Assembly: GCA_039588335.1 (NCBI GenBank)
Contig: JBDGZZ010000004.1
Span: forward strand, 1-61,449
Origin: Gemmatimonadota bacterium
Lineage (GTDB): Bacteria; Gemmatimonadota; Gemmatimonadetes; Gemmatimonadales; GWC2-71-9
DNA: 61,449 nt
Reading direction: 5' to 3'
The position numbers and the translations under genes are program-made. The notes beneath the pieces were generated by a model. It saw only the letters and a list, made by a program, of their open reading frames with translations, did not search any database and was not told the DNA's origin. Shown piece by piece: positions 1 to 9,927 of the stretch (position 1 is its first letter; every line of letters starts with the position of its first letter).

Positions 1-52
1 GTCACGGCGCGCACTAGCTGAGAAAGAGGCACGGTCAGCGGACGAAGCGCTG

Positions 53-697
53 TTGGTCGAACGCCTCATGAGGCTTGGCATCGAAATGCCGGTCAAGGTA
101 CACGAGAACCGAACAGTCCTGGTGAGTTGCACGGACCGAAGCCTTCGCGTCCATAGAGGATATGCCTATGCTTCGGATCGCACCCTTCGCGCGGTACTCA
201 CCTTCGTGCACCCGTACACACGACGAGCGAATCGGAAGCAGGCACAGCTGGAAGTAACGTCCTTTCCGGTCGATAACTACGTGTCCCCCGCGCGAAAGCG
301 GCGCCGGCAAGCCCAGGTGAAGCCACGCGACCGCCCCATTCTCCAACAACTCAGAGAACTTCACGAGAGCCTCAATCGGGCTCACTTTGATGGGTGCCTA
401 TCACACATACGGTTTCGCATTTCCGACAGGATGCGCACCCGACTAGGAGAACTCACTGTCGACTCAACCACGAACGAGGCGGTGGAGATTGGTATCAGTA
501 GGCGACATCTCCAACGTGACGAGTGGAGCGAGGTAGTACACACGGTTCTGCACGAGATGGTACACCAATGGCAGGCGGAGCGCGGGCTCGAGATCGACCA
601 CGGGGCGACTTTCCGCCGGAAAGCATTGGAGGTGGGAGTGGAGCCCCGTGCGATCCGAGACGTCAGGGCAACCCAGGACGCTGCACGTTACAACTAG
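53..697 (+). CDS. SprT-like zinc metallopeptidase domain protein (5' end uncertain)
   Basis: HExxH motif in VLHEMVHQWQAE, preceded by an SprT-type segment (LNRAHFDGCL...RLGEL). The frame is open back to position 2, so the gene may start upstream of the window, at TTG 53 or at ATG 68. Confidence 0.55.
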   Translation: MVERLMRLGIEMPVKVHENRTVLVSCTDRSLRVHRGYAYASDRTLRAVLTFVHPYTRRANRKQAQLEVTSFPVDNYVSPARKRRRQAQVKPRDRPILQQLRELHESLNRAHFDGCLSHIRFRISDRMRTRLGELTVDSTTNEAVEIGISRRHLQRDEWSEVVHTVLHEMVHQWQAERGLEIDHGATFRRKALEVGVEPRAIRDVRATQDAARYN

Positions 698-709
698 AAC
701 GAGGGACCA

Positions 710-1909
710 ATGGCTTTTCAAGGAGTGGATTTCTACGACGTCGAGTCGCTGCTAGGAGAAGACGAACGTGCGGTTAGAGACACGGTACGTCGGTGGGTGG
801 AAGACGAGGTACTTCCGATCATCGCGGAACACTATCTAGAAGGCAAGTTCCCGACGCATCTTGTGCCGGCAATGGGTGAGCTGGGATTCTTCGGTGCCAA
901 CCTGCCGTCTGAATATGGATGTGCCGAACTCAACAATGTGTCCTACGGCCTCATAATGCAGGAACTAGAGCGCGGCGACAGCGGAGTGCGGTCATTCGCA
1001 TCGGTTCAAGGCGCGCTCGTCATGTATCCGATCTACACCTTCGGAAGCGAAGACCAAAAACGCCAGTGGCTGCCCCGGATGGCAACGGGTGAGGTGATAG
1101 GCTGCTTCGGCCTGACCGAACCCGATTCCGGATCGAACCCTGGCGGGCTGCTCACGACGGCGCGCAAAGACGGAGACTCGTGGGTCTTAAACGGGGCCAA
1201 GATGTGGATCACCAATGGCTCCAGCGCGCATGTCGCGGTCATCTGGGCCAAGACCGGCTCGCTGGAGGACACTTCATCGATCAGAGGTTTCATCGTGCCC
1301 ACGGATGCACCGGGGTTCTCCGCCACAGACCAGAAAGGCAAGCTCTCGCTGCGTGCGAGCGACACGAGCGAACTGGTATTGGAGGACGTGCGGGTTCCCA
1401 AGGACGCGATCCTGCCGGATAGTCATGGCCTTCGGAGCCCGTTGATGTGCCTCACCCAGGCACGATACGGGATCGCGTGGGGAGGTGTCGGAGCTGCCAT
1501 GGCCTGTTACGACGAGGCGGTCAGTTATGCCAAGAACCGCGTGATGTTCGACCGACCGATTGGTGGCTTCCAATTGCAGCAGGCCCGGCTGGCCGAAATG
1601 CTCACTGAGATCACCAAGGCACAGTTGCTCTGCATACAACTCGGACGACTCAAGGACGCCGGGACCATGACGCCCGAACAAGTCTCTCTTGCCAAGCGGA
1701 ATAACGTAGACATGGCGGCGGAGTGCGCCCGTGAAACCCGCAGACTCCTGGGCGCCAATGGGATTCTGGCCGAGTACCAAGCCCTCAGGCATCTCGCAAA
1801 CCTCGAAAGTGTCTACACCTACGAAGGGACGCACGACGTTCACACGCTTGTCCTCGGGATGGCCATTACCGGCATAGACGCGTTCCGTGGATCCACGGCG
1901 GGTGGGTGA
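710..1909 (+). CDS. gcdH: Glutaryl-CoA dehydrogenase (acyl-CoA dehydrogenase family)
   Basis: Full-length acyl-CoA dehydrogenase. Motifs GLTEPDSGSNPG, WITNG and C-terminal TYEGTHDVHTLVLG are typical of the glutaryl-CoA dehydrogenase subgroup (from memory). Confidence 0.75.
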   Translation: MAFQGVDFYDVESLLGEDERAVRDTVRRWVEDEVLPIIAEHYLEGKFPTHLVPAMGELGFFGANLPSEYGCAELNNVSYGLIMQELERGDSGVRSFASVQGALVMYPIYTFGSEDQKRQWLPRMATGEVIGCFGLTEPDSGSNPGGLLTTARKDGDSWVLNGAKMWITNGSSAHVAVIWAKTGSLEDTSSIRGFIVPTDAPGFSATDQKGKLSLRASDTSELVLEDVRVPKDAILPDSHGLRSPLMCLTQARYGIAWGGVGAAMACYDEAVSYAKNRVMFDRPIGGFQLQQARLAEMLTEITKAQLLCIQLGRLKDAGTMTPEQVSLAKRNNVDMAAECARETRRLLGANGILAEYQALRHLANLESVYTYEGTHDVHTLVLGMAITGIDAFRGSTAGG

Positions 1910-2035
1910 GCTGAGGTCTGGCAATGTGTAAGGTGTAAGGTTGGGCGTCATGCCGTCGCGCACGCTGCAACCTCGTGCCGTCGTTTCTCGTAGGGCCAGG
2001 TGGACGAAGTAATTCCCGTCAGGGGGGAGAAACTG

Positions 2036-2281
2036 ATGTGGCACTTGATTTGGTTCCTGCTGATTGGCCTGACCGCCGGTTGGCTGGCTGGGAAGGTTAC
2101 TAGGGGCCGCGGCTACGGACTGTTTGGCAATATGGCTCTTGGCACAATCGGAGCTCTCCTAGGGGGCTTTCTGTTCGGCTTGCTCGGAATCCCTCTTGGG
2201 GGTGTGTTCGGAGCCTTGCTCATGTCATTTGCGGGCGCGATGATCGTGCTCTTCCTGGTCAGACTGATGAAGAAGGTGTGA
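2036..2281 (+). CDS. GlsB/YeaQ/YmgE family small membrane protein
   Basis: Gly-rich protein of about 81 aa with three transmembrane segments (GWLAGK..GALLGGFLFGLLG). ATG 2036 has a GGGGGAG Shine-Dalgarno 6 nt upstream, so I prefer it to the track start at 2000. Confidence 0.7.
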   Translation: MWHLIWFLLIGLTAGWLAGKVTRGRGYGLFGNMALGTIGALLGGFLFGLLGIPLGGVFGALLMSFAGAMIVLFLVRLMKKV

Positions 2282-2334
2282 GCAGCTCTCGCAGTTCACA
2301 TCACTACCTGTAAGTAGTTGCCAAGTAATAAGTT

Positions 2335-2368
2335 GGCTCGCTCGGCCCGGATTCGGGTCGAGCGAGCC
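2335..2368. terminator. Bidirectional hairpin between convergent genes
   Basis: Perfect 10-bp stem GGCTCGCTCG / CGAGCGAGCC with a 14-nt loop. It lies between the 3' ends of the GlsB-like and bactofilin genes. Confidence 0.5.
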
Positions 2369-2411
2369 TTGCCCCTTCGACGAGATCGTCTTACCGCCTT
2401 CTCCTGAGCTA

Positions 2412-2891
2412 TCATGTCCGCAGCAGCTCGTTGGCGGTGGGGCGATTGGTCGATTGGGGCTCCTCAGATTTTAGCTTGCTTACCTGGGCTGGCTTCTTGC
2501 TAAAGGCCTGGGGATTCTCCATGCGGATGTTGCCGTTGATCTTACCGCCCTCCAGGACGGTGATTTGCGGCGTGGTGATGTCCCCATTCACTACCGATGT
2601 GGCCTGGACCTCGACCCGCTCGTCGGCGTAGACGGCGCCCCTGGCCTCTCCCCCGATGATGGCCTGACGGGCGTAGATGTCGCCCTCCACAATGCCCCCC
2701 TTTACCACCAATACCTGGCCTTTGGCCCGGACAGTGCCCTCGACGATGCCTTCGATCTTGATCACACCGTCGACCTCGAGTTCGCCCTTGATTCGAGTTC
2801 CCGCGGCAAGGATCGACAGGCCTTCCTGACCGTTGCTGCGCGTGCTAGGTGTGCGGTCAGCATCACGTGGGGCCGATGAGAACATTGCCAT
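2412..2891 (-). CDS. Bactofilin family cytoskeletal protein
   Basis: Repetitive beta-helical core (GELEVDGVIKIEGIVEGTVRAKGQVLVVKGGIVEGDIYA...INGNI) flanked by disordered termini. Confidence 0.8.
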   Translation of the reverse strand: MAMFSSAPRDADRTPSTRSNGQEGLSILAAGTRIKGELEVDGVIKIEGIVEGTVRAKGQVLVVKGGIVEGDIYARQAIIGGEARGAVYADERVEVQATSVVNGDITTPQITVLEGGKINGNIRMENPQAFSKKPAQVSKLKSEEPQSTNRPTANELLRT

Positions 2892-3137
2892 GACTGCGAC
2901 TCCTTGCTGAGAGATTCCGGTTCCAATACCCAGGGTGCGAAGCGAAGGTACTGCAACTGCGGCCTGTCACCTGTGATATTCGTCACCGTAGGCTGCTCGA
3001 CCGAGGCCGAAACGGCTGAGGCGCTTGGTACCAGGCCGGGGCGGAGAATGCAGAACGTGTTTGCCATCACGGTGTATCCCACAGTGAGATCTTAGAGTCA
3101 CGGGTCCCGACAACACTACATTTGCCGAGGTTGAGAT

Positions 3138-4325
3138 ATGGTAACAAGGAGAGGGGGTGCGTTCGCGCTCCTAATGGTCGTCACCTGTGTGCTGATGAAC
3201 TCGTCCTGCGATAGTTCCACGACCACCGGCAGCGATGGACCTCCCGCCAGGCAGCTTCCAGTTGTCGATGACCTGGACCTACTAGAGGTGGTCGACGGAT
3301 TCAATACACCAGTTTACCTGACTGCTCCGGATGGAGACGATCGTCTGTTTGTGGTTGAGAAGTCAGGGACGATCCGAATCGTGGCTTCCGGGCAGACTGT
3401 GACCGACGCCTTCCTAGACATCTCCGGTTCAGTCAGTAACGGTGGAGAACAGGGGCTGTTGTCCTTGGCATTCCATCCAGACTACTCAACCAACGGCTAC
3501 TTCTACGTCTGCTACACGGATCTGGGCGGTGACACTCGAGTCGTTCGTTATACAGTCTCGGGTGATCCGAATGTGGCCGACGCCGGCTCAGATAAGTTGA
3601 TCCTGACGGTGGGCCAACCGTATGGCAACCACAACGGTGGGTTGATAACGTTTGGATCTGACGGGATGCTCTACATAGGGTTAGGGGACGGTGGTTCGGC
3701 AGGTGATCCCGACAATAACGGCCAGGACCTCGGCACTCTTCTCGGATCTCTGTTGCGCATCGATGTGGACGGTGGAGACCCCTATGCGATTCCGTCGGAC
3801 AACCCGTTCGTGGCCGATGCCAGCGCCTTGGACGAAATATGGGCCTACGGCCTCCGAAATCCATGGCGCTTCTCTTTCGACAGGGTTGACGGGCTCATTT
3901 ACATCGCCGACGTTGGCCAGAGCACTTGGGAGGAGGTAAACGTCGAGTCCGCGACCGATCCCGGTGTAAACTACGGCTGGCGTCTAATGGAAGGCACGAG
4001 TTGTTTCAACCAATCGAATTGTAACAGTAGCGGCCTCGCTCTCCCGATTGTCCAATATGCCAATGGCGCTGAAGGGTGTGCGGTCGTGGGGGGCTATGCT
4101 TATCGGGGAACGGCCATCACCGGCCGGGACGGTACCTATTTCTATTCCGACAACTGTTCAGGGTGGATTCGTAGTTTCTTGTTAGATGCTGGCGAGGCTA
4201 CTGGAGAGACTCAGTGGGACGTCGGAAACATTGGCAGCGTACTCTCGTTCGGTGAGGACGGACATGGGGAGCTATACGTGTTGACGGGGGGGGGTACCGT
4301 CTTTCGTTTCATCCCGGCCAATTGA
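3138..4325 (+). CDS. PQQ-dependent sugar dehydrogenase (soluble glucose/sorbosone dehydrogenase family), secreted
   Basis: N-terminal signal/lipoprotein-like sequence. Beta-propeller motifs GLLSLAFHPDY, NHNGGLITFGSDGMLYIGLGDGG, GLRNPWRFSFD. Confidence 0.8.
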   Translation: MVTRRGGAFALLMVVTCVLMNSSCDSSTTTGSDGPPARQLPVVDDLDLLEVVDGFNTPVYLTAPDGDDRLFVVEKSGTIRIVASGQTVTDAFLDISGSVSNGGEQGLLSLAFHPDYSTNGYFYVCYTDLGGDTRVVRYTVSGDPNVADAGSDKLILTVGQPYGNHNGGLITFGSDGMLYIGLGDGGSAGDPDNNGQDLGTLLGSLLRIDVDGGDPYAIPSDNPFVADASALDEIWAYGLRNPWRFSFDRVDGLIYIADVGQSTWEEVNVESATDPGVNYGWRLMEGTSCFNQSNCNSSGLALPIVQYANGAEGCAVVGGYAYRGTAITGRDGTYFYSDNCSGWIRSFLLDAGEATGETQWDVGNIGSVLSFGEDGHGELYVLTGGGTVFRFIPAN

Positions 4326-4330
4326 CCCCA

Positions 4331-4358
4331 AGGCTGGCCGGCGGCCGCCGGCCAGCCT
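4331..4358 (+). terminator. GC-rich perfect palindrome after the dehydrogenase gene
   Basis: AGGCTGGCCGGCGGCCGCCGGCCAGCCT is a perfect 28-nt palindrome starting 6 nt after the stop codon. No clear U-tract follows. Confidence 0.45.
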
Positions 4359-4404
4359 ATTCTACCTTCCTAGTTCCTCAAACCATCCGCGATAGGCGGA
4401 CATA

Positions 4405-4935
4405 ATGCTCAAGTGGATTCTCGTATTATTGGGAGTGCTGGCAACGCTCGTAGCTGTTCCGTTTGTTGTCGGGTTGTTCCTTCCGAAGGAGCATATAGCG
4501 GCAAGCAGCATCACTTTGTCACATCCTCCTGATTCGGTCTGGAAGATCGTACGCGATCTGGGTGGTTATCCCAACTGGTGGACTGACGTGAAAAGCTCAA
4601 AGCGCGAAACCGATATAGGTGAGCGGGAGGTCTGGGTGCAGACCGATGCAACAGATCAAGCCCTTCTGTTGGAAGTAGTTGAATTGGTTCCTTCCCGCAC
4701 GATGGTCACCAGGATTGCTGATGAGAAGTTGCCGTTCACCGGTGAGTGGAAGTACACGATTGAGCGAGCCGGAGGGGGTAGCAGAGTGATGATCGTGGAA
4801 GAAGGAGAGATATTCAACCCGATCTTTAGACTGTTGACGCACTACTTCCTGGGGCATCACGGAACGATCGACCGCTTTCTCGAGGCGCTGGGAGCACACT
4901 TTGGAGAAGACGTCACGCCGGTCCACGTTGGCTGA
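4405..4935 (+). CDS. SRPBCC (polyketide cyclase/dehydrase-like) family protein with N-terminal membrane anchor
   Basis: N-terminal transmembrane helix, then a WKIVRDLGGYPNWW-type START/SRPBCC signature. Confidence 0.6.
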   Translation: MLKWILVLLGVLATLVAVPFVVGLFLPKEHIAASSITLSHPPDSVWKIVRDLGGYPNWWTDVKSSKRETDIGEREVWVQTDATDQALLLEVVELVPSRTMVTRIADEKLPFTGEWKYTIERAGGGSRVMIVEEGEIFNPIFRLLTHYFLGHHGTIDRFLEALGAHFGEDVTPVHVG

Positions 4936-4942
4936 GTGATCA

Positions 4943-5341
4943 ATGCCTGACACTGCCGGGTACTCGAAGCGCTCCAGGCTTGACAAGTTGGGAGTCAAAC
5001 CGGGCATGCAAGTAAGCGTCTTGGGGCTGGATGATCCCATCTTCGAGCGAGAACTCCTGAGCCGGACTCAGAACGTGTCGTCGCAACGGCCGGGTAGGAG
5101 CACGGACATAATCCTCTTCCGGGTTCGGAAGAAAGGTGACTTGAAGCCTCTCAGTACGTTGAAGAAGTCGATGAAGCGAAACGGTGCGATATGGATCCTT
5201 TGGGAGAAAGGGAGACTGGAGCTAAAGGCCGGTGACGTACGTGAGTCGGCCCTTGAATCTGGATTAGTGGATATCAAGGTTGCGGCTTTCTCCGAGCAAC
5301 TGAGCGGTCTCAAACTGGTGATACCTGTTGCTCAGCGCTGA
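4943..5341 (+). CDS. DUF3052 family protein
   Basis: GYS...LDKLGVKPG start, IWILWEKG and GLVDIKVAAFSEQLSGLKLV match my recollection of DUF3052. Confidence 0.6.
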   Translation: MPDTAGYSKRSRLDKLGVKPGMQVSVLGLDDPIFERELLSRTQNVSSQRPGRSTDIILFRVRKKGDLKPLSTLKKSMKRNGAIWILWEKGRLELKAGDVRESALESGLVDIKVAAFSEQLSGLKLVIPVAQR

Positions 5342-6521
5342 GAATCTCAGGGGGCATCTCCTGAGGGACACCAACCTCCACGTGATCTTCAGCGTCACGC
5401 TGATGGCCGTGCTCGGGGTTTCCACGATAACCCCAGTACTTCCACACATCGCTACTGTGTTCGAGCGTTCTCCCCAGGCCGTCGCCTTGGTGATTGTTGT
5501 GTTTACGCTTCCCGGGGCATTGTTCACGCCTGTAATGGGGATCCTGGGAGATCGAATGGGGCGCAAGAAGGTTCTGGTGCCATCCCTCGTTGTCTTTGCG
5601 CTCGCCGGCACGGCCTGTGGTTTCGCCGAGAATTTTCAGACCCTGCTCGTTCTTCGGTTTCTCCAAGGTATCGGTGCTGCCGCACTAGGCGCGATCAACG
5701 TGACGTTGCTGGGAGACCTCTACACCGGCCCTGACCGGGCCAGAGCGATGGGTTACAACGCGAGTGTGTTGAGTGTGGGAACCGGGTTGTATCCAGCCAT
5801 CGGAGGCGGACTGGCAGTGTTCGGATGGTACTTCCCATTCTTTCTGCCCTCCGTCGCCTTGGCAGTTGCGCTGGCAGTGGTCGTCTTGCTCGACAATCCG
5901 GAACCAAAGGTGACAGGAAGCCTGAAGCAGTACGTGACAGTCACGGTACGTGCGATGCTGCATCCGCAGGTACTGATGCTGTTCGCAACGTCTGTCGTCA
6001 CTTTCATTCTAATCTATGGATCGTTCCTCGCCTATTTCCCTTTCCTGCTGGAGCTCTCTTACGGCGCATCGCCAGTGCTCATCGGACTGGTGGTATCGGT
6101 CACTTCGGTCCCCACTGCGGTTGCATCATTCTATCTGGGGGATCTGGCGCAGCGGTTCGGGTCGCAGGCCCTGGTCAAGATTGGCTTCGCGTTATACGTA
6201 GTTGCTTTGGCTGGCATACCGTTGGCCACGAATCTTTGGCAGCTGGCCGTTCCAGTCTTGATATTTGGTGTCGCAAACGGCCTCAATGTGCCCAGCATCT
6301 TGACCATTCTGAATGGATACGCCCCCACCGAGTACCGTGCTGCATTCATGTCAATGAACGGAACTGTATTGCGGTGGGGGCAGACTCTAGGCCCGATACT
6401 GGTGGGCATAGCGGTCGAACTGGTGGGCATGAAGGCTTCCTTCTTCGTCAGCGCAGCCGTAGCGCTGGCGATGCTTCTAATGCTCGCACTGACGTTACGG
6501 CATGAACCGGCGGTCAGTTGA
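5328..6521 (+). CDS. MFS transporter
   Basis: About 12 predicted transmembrane segments and the loop 2-3 motif GILGDRMGRKKV. The TTG start overlaps the upstream gene by 14 nt, so the start is uncertain. Confidence 0.8.
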   Translation: MLSAENLRGHLLRDTNLHVIFSVTLMAVLGVSTITPVLPHIATVFERSPQAVALVIVVFTLPGALFTPVMGILGDRMGRKKVLVPSLVVFALAGTACGFAENFQTLLVLRFLQGIGAAALGAINVTLLGDLYTGPDRARAMGYNASVLSVGTGLYPAIGGGLAVFGWYFPFFLPSVALAVALAVVVLLDNPEPKVTGSLKQYVTVTVRAMLHPQVLMLFATSVVTFILIYGSFLAYFPFLLELSYGASPVLIGLVVSVTSVPTAVASFYLGDLAQRFGSQALVKIGFALYVVALAGIPLATNLWQLAVPVLIFGVANGLNVPSILTILNGYAPTEYRAAFMSMNGTVLRWGQTLGPILVGIAVELVGMKASFFVSAAVALAMLLMLALTLRHEPAVS

Positions 6522-6543
6522 CATGGAGAACAAGGCGGCCGAG

Positions 6544-7749
6544 CTATCCAGATTCGAGTGGTTTGAACAGCTCATACACCCGAATGTATACTTGGTCGTC
6601 TTCGTCGGTGAAGCTGCCTAGCACATAATCAGGTCCAATTTCATGAAGGCGCAGGCCATTTGGAGTTTCCACTACGCCTAACATGTGGTGCTCACTGTCG
6701 AAGACGCTCCAGCTAGGCTGCTCGTCGCCAAATGGTCGGTAGTTCGCTATCCAGAGATTACCGTCCGAATCGGTGAGCATGCTTCCGTGAGCGGGCATGG
6801 TCTCCGGAAAGGGAAGAGCATCCAATTCGGCTTGCCGATCGGCCCTCTGCAGTTCGTGGACACCGGCTAGCCTACTGCGTTTGTATCTGTCTATATCCGC
6901 TGATGTGACGGGAACGCTTTCACCTGCGAGGCGCAAAACGCCAGTCATTGTTCCGTTCAGGTCGTGTACATGAACCTCGAACTCATCTTGCCTGCTCACA
7001 TAGAACCGGTCACCCGAAACAGCGAATACAGCAGTCCTGCCAAACGGGCGGCCCGTTACTCGCACGATGCGTGACCGACCACGGCGGAAGATCTGCTCTG
7101 CACCTTCGAAGTAACCGACACTATTCATGAAGTCGCCGCTGAGTGTGTAGCGGAATACTGCGGCAGGACCGCGGACGAGACCGTCGGGCACATCCCCGGA
7201 CCGAATCATGGTTGGAGCCCAGGACCTCACGTCACGCACGGCCAGCACTGAGCTGTCGGAAAATATGCCTTTGACGGTGCTGGGAGATGCCTGAAACGTG
7301 ACAACCAGATTACTGGCTTGGATGAGCTCGCCTTCTGAACTGAAGGTTGAGAGGCGTAGATTGCCGAAGTCGAACACTATGATCGCATTGGATCCGAGCC
7401 GACCGATCCAATCGAGTCTCGCGAAGGCACCGTCACCTACGGCCTGCAGGAAATTCCCTGATTGGCCGTACCAGCGAAGTTCCTGTGTCCCGCCATTTGC
7501 AACTACTATAGACCCGTCGTCCAGTGCGGTAGACCCAACGACCCGCGAGAACTGATAGTTGGGATCGATAGTGCCTCCGATGTCGAGCGACGGCGTGTCC
7601 TCTAGCCGCCAGCGCTCAGACTTGCTCCAGGATGGGCCGAAATTCTCCACGATCGTGATTCCCAGGCTGTCTCGCACCACGGGCGGTGCGTGGGAATCGG
7701 ACCCGCAACCGACCAACAGCACCGCTGCCGCTGCTACCAAGTGTCTCAT
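6544..7749 (-). CDS. Lipoprotein, probable 6-bladed beta-propeller
   Basis: Lipobox LLVGC follows MRHLVAAAAV. ATG 7749 has an AAGGA Shine-Dalgarno 8 nt upstream, so I prefer it to the track start at 7812. The remainder is beta-rich and repetitive. Confidence 0.55.
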   Translation of the reverse strand: MRHLVAAAAVLLVGCGSDSHAPPVVRDSLGITIVENFGPSWSKSERWRLEDTPSLDIGGTIDPNYQFSRVVGSTALDDGSIVVANGGTQELRWYGQSGNFLQAVGDGAFARLDWIGRLGSNAIIVFDFGNLRLSTFSSEGELIQASNLVVTFQASPSTVKGIFSDSSVLAVRDVRSWAPTMIRSGDVPDGLVRGPAAVFRYTLSGDFMNSVGYFEGAEQIFRRGRSRIVRVTGRPFGRTAVFAVSGDRFYVSRQDEFEVHVHDLNGTMTGVLRLAGESVPVTSADIDRYKRSRLAGVHELQRADRQAELDALPFPETMPAHGSMLTDSDGNLWIANYRPFGDEQPSWSVFDSEHHMLGVVETPNGLRLHEIGPDYVLGSFTDEDDQVYIRVYELFKPLESG

Positions 7750-7908
7750 TGTTTCGTCCTTTGTAATGCTTTCGGGCCCACAGTACTTCCCATCGGACTT
7801 CCTGCGTCCCAAAGGAAACTACCGTACCTTAGGGTGGCGAGCTACCGCCCTGCCGCCGGCTCGGCGGAGTGCTAAATTGAGAGTCCAACAAAACATCGCC
7901 AAGCCTTC

Positions 7909-9927
7909 ATGAAACGCCAGCAAGCCGAAGCACGCATCAGGCAACTCCACGCATTGATCCGGCACCATGACTATCTGTACTACGTCAAGGATGGGCCAGA
8001 GATCTCCGATTCGGACTACGACGAGCTGTTCTCCGAGCTCAAGAGACTCGAAACGCAGTTTCAGGACTTGGTGACTTCGGATTCTCCGACCCAAAGAGTG
8101 GGAGGAGTTGCACTCGACGAGTTCTCCAAGGTGGAGCACGCTGCTCCGATGCTGAGTCTGGATTCCGACAAGGATCAGGATGCGCTGAGCAGGTTCGATG
8201 AGCGGGTGCGGAAAGGGCTGCGGAAGAAGGATGTTGAATACGTCGTCGAACCGAAGTTGGACGGCACGTCGGTGGAATTGGTTTACGAAGGTGGCTTGCT
8301 GGCACGTGCTTCGACCCGGGGCGACGGCATCGTGGGAGAGGGAATTACCGAAAATGTGCGCACTATCGCCGCAGTGCCGCTGCGGCTCCGTGACTCTGAT
8401 CGCGGGATCCCGAGTTTCCTGGCACTTCGTGGTGAAGTGATCATGCAACTCGAGGCTTTCGAACAGCTGAACGAGCGACTCCTGACGGATGGGAAGAATC
8501 CGTTCGCGAATCCACGGAATGCGGCTGCTGGTTCTCTGCGCCAGTTAGACCCGCAGGTGACCGCCTCACGCCCGCTCGACATCTATCTCTACGACATCCT
8601 CGCGGTTGAGGGAGTCCGGGTGGAGACCCAGTGGGAGATCTTGAGGGTTCTGCGGGCGTGGGGACTCAGAGTCAACGATCTACCACGACGCGTGCAGTCA
8701 CCCGGGGAAATAGTCGAATATCATCGCGGTCTCATGGACAGAAGGGATGACCTCCCCTACGAGATCGATGGTGCCGTGGTAAAACTGAACGATCTCGGCG
8801 GCCGGAATGAACTTGGGGTTACATCGCACCATCCTCGCTGGGCCTTCGCATTCAAGTTCCCACCCCGCAAGGAGATCACTCGCGTCCTGAAGATCGTACC
8901 AAGTGTAGGGCGAACCGGGGTCATCACTCCCGGGGCAATGCTGCGGCCAGTTGAGTTGGGTGGCGTAACGGTGAGCCGTGCGAATCTCCACAACCGAGAG
9001 GAAGTAGCACGCAAGGATATCCGGGAGGGAGACCTGGTGCGCGTGCAGAGAGCAGGTGACGTGATACCACAGGTCATAGAGCGGGTCGAGGAGCCCGATC
9101 GCAAGAGAAAACCACGCTATCAAATGCCGTCGCATTGTCCGTCGTGCGGTGTAGTCCTTGTGGAGCGAGGACCATTTACGGTTTGTCCAAACAGCTTCGG
9201 GTGCTCTGCACAGTTGGCAGGAGGATTGGAACACTTCGCCTCACGTGATGCTCTGGATATTGACGGCCTGGGTGAGGAGACTGCGAAGCTCCTGGTGCGA
9301 GAGGGACTGGTGGAGACCCTGCCCGACTTGTTCCAGCTGAAGCCGACGGATCTGGAGAAGCTAGAGGGCTTCGCGGAGAAGTCGGCAGCCAGTCTGGTTT
9401 CCGCAATACAGCTGGCGTCGAGGGTGGATTTGCACCGGTTCCTCTTCGCCCTTGGGGTGCCGGAGGTCGGAATTACTGTGGCCAAGGATCTTGCACGTCA
9501 CTTCGGGTCGTTGGAAGGTCTCCGGCGCGCCTCGCTGGAGGAGCTTGAGGAGGTCGAGGGAGTAGGAGCCAAGATGGCCGCGCAGATAAAGACGTTCCTC
9601 GCCGACCAGAGGAACCGCGCGATCCTGGACGATCTGTTGGACGGTAAGATCCGATTGGAGGAAGGAGCTGCCAGTGGTGGGTCGGAGCTGTCAGGCGTGA
9701 GGTTCGTTTTCACCGGTGGGCTGAGCCGAGTTTCACGACGAGACGCCAGACAACTCGTCGAATCCCTAGGAGCCAAGGTGACATCTGCGGTCAGCCGGGA
9801 GACCGATTACGTAGTGGTTGGGGTTGACCCTGGATCGAAGTATGAAAAGGCCGTGGAACTCGGTGTGGAAACGCTGGATGAGGATCAGTTCATCCAACTG
9901 CTTGGAAAGCAGGGCCTGGAGGTTTGA
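7909..9927 (+). CDS. ligA: NAD-dependent DNA ligase
   Basis: Adenylation motif EPKLDG, Zn-finger cysteines (CPSCG...C), HhH repeats and a C-terminal BRCT (FVFTGGL). Confidence 0.95.
   Translation: MKRQQAEARIRQLHALIRHHDYLYYVKDGPEISDSDYDELFSELKRLETQFQDLVTSDSPTQRVGGVALDEFSKVEHAAPMLSLDSDKDQDALSRFDERVRKGLRKKDVEYVVEPKLDGTSVELVYEGGLLARASTRGDGIVGEGITENVRTIAAVPLRLRDSDRGIPSFLALRGEVIMQLEAFEQLNERLLTDGKNPFANPRNAAAGSLRQLDPQVTASRPLDIYLYDILAVEGVRVETQWEILRVLRAWGLRVNDLPRRVQSPGEIVEYHRGLMDRRDDLPYEIDGAVVKLNDLGGRNELGVTSHHPRWAFAFKFPPRKEITRVLKIVPSVGRTGVITPGAMLRPVELGGVTVSRANLHNREEVARKDIREGDLVRVQRAGDVIPQVIERVEEPDRKRKPRYQMPSHCPSCGVVLVERGPFTVCPNSFGCSAQLAGGLEHFASRDALDIDGLGEETAKLLVREGLVETLPDLFQLKPTDLEKLEGFAEKSAASLVSAIQLASRVDLHRFLFALGVPEVGITVAKDLARHFGSLEGLRRASLEELEEVEGVGAKMAAQIKTFLADQRNRAILDDLLDGKIRLEEGAASGGSELSGVRFVFTGGLSRVSRRDARQLVESLGAKVTSAVSRETDYVVVGVDPGSKYEKAVELGVETLDEDQFIQLLGKQGLEV

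Noticed and set aside
1926-1939. Tandem 7-mer GTGTAAG GTGTAAG downstream of gcdH.
   Set aside because: - There are only two copies and no associated structure or recurrence elsewhere in the window.
- It is too small to interpret.
2762-3082. A 106-aa minus-strand ORF overlapping the 5' end of the bactofilin gene and its upstream region.
   Set aside because: - It has no recognisable motifs.
- It overlaps the well-supported bactofilin start and looks like a chance ORF.
4286-4294. A G9 homopolymer inside the PQQ-dehydrogenase gene as a possible phase-variation tract.
   Set aside because: - It encodes LTGGGTV only about 12 codons before the stop, so slippage would barely change the product.
- It is probably incidental.
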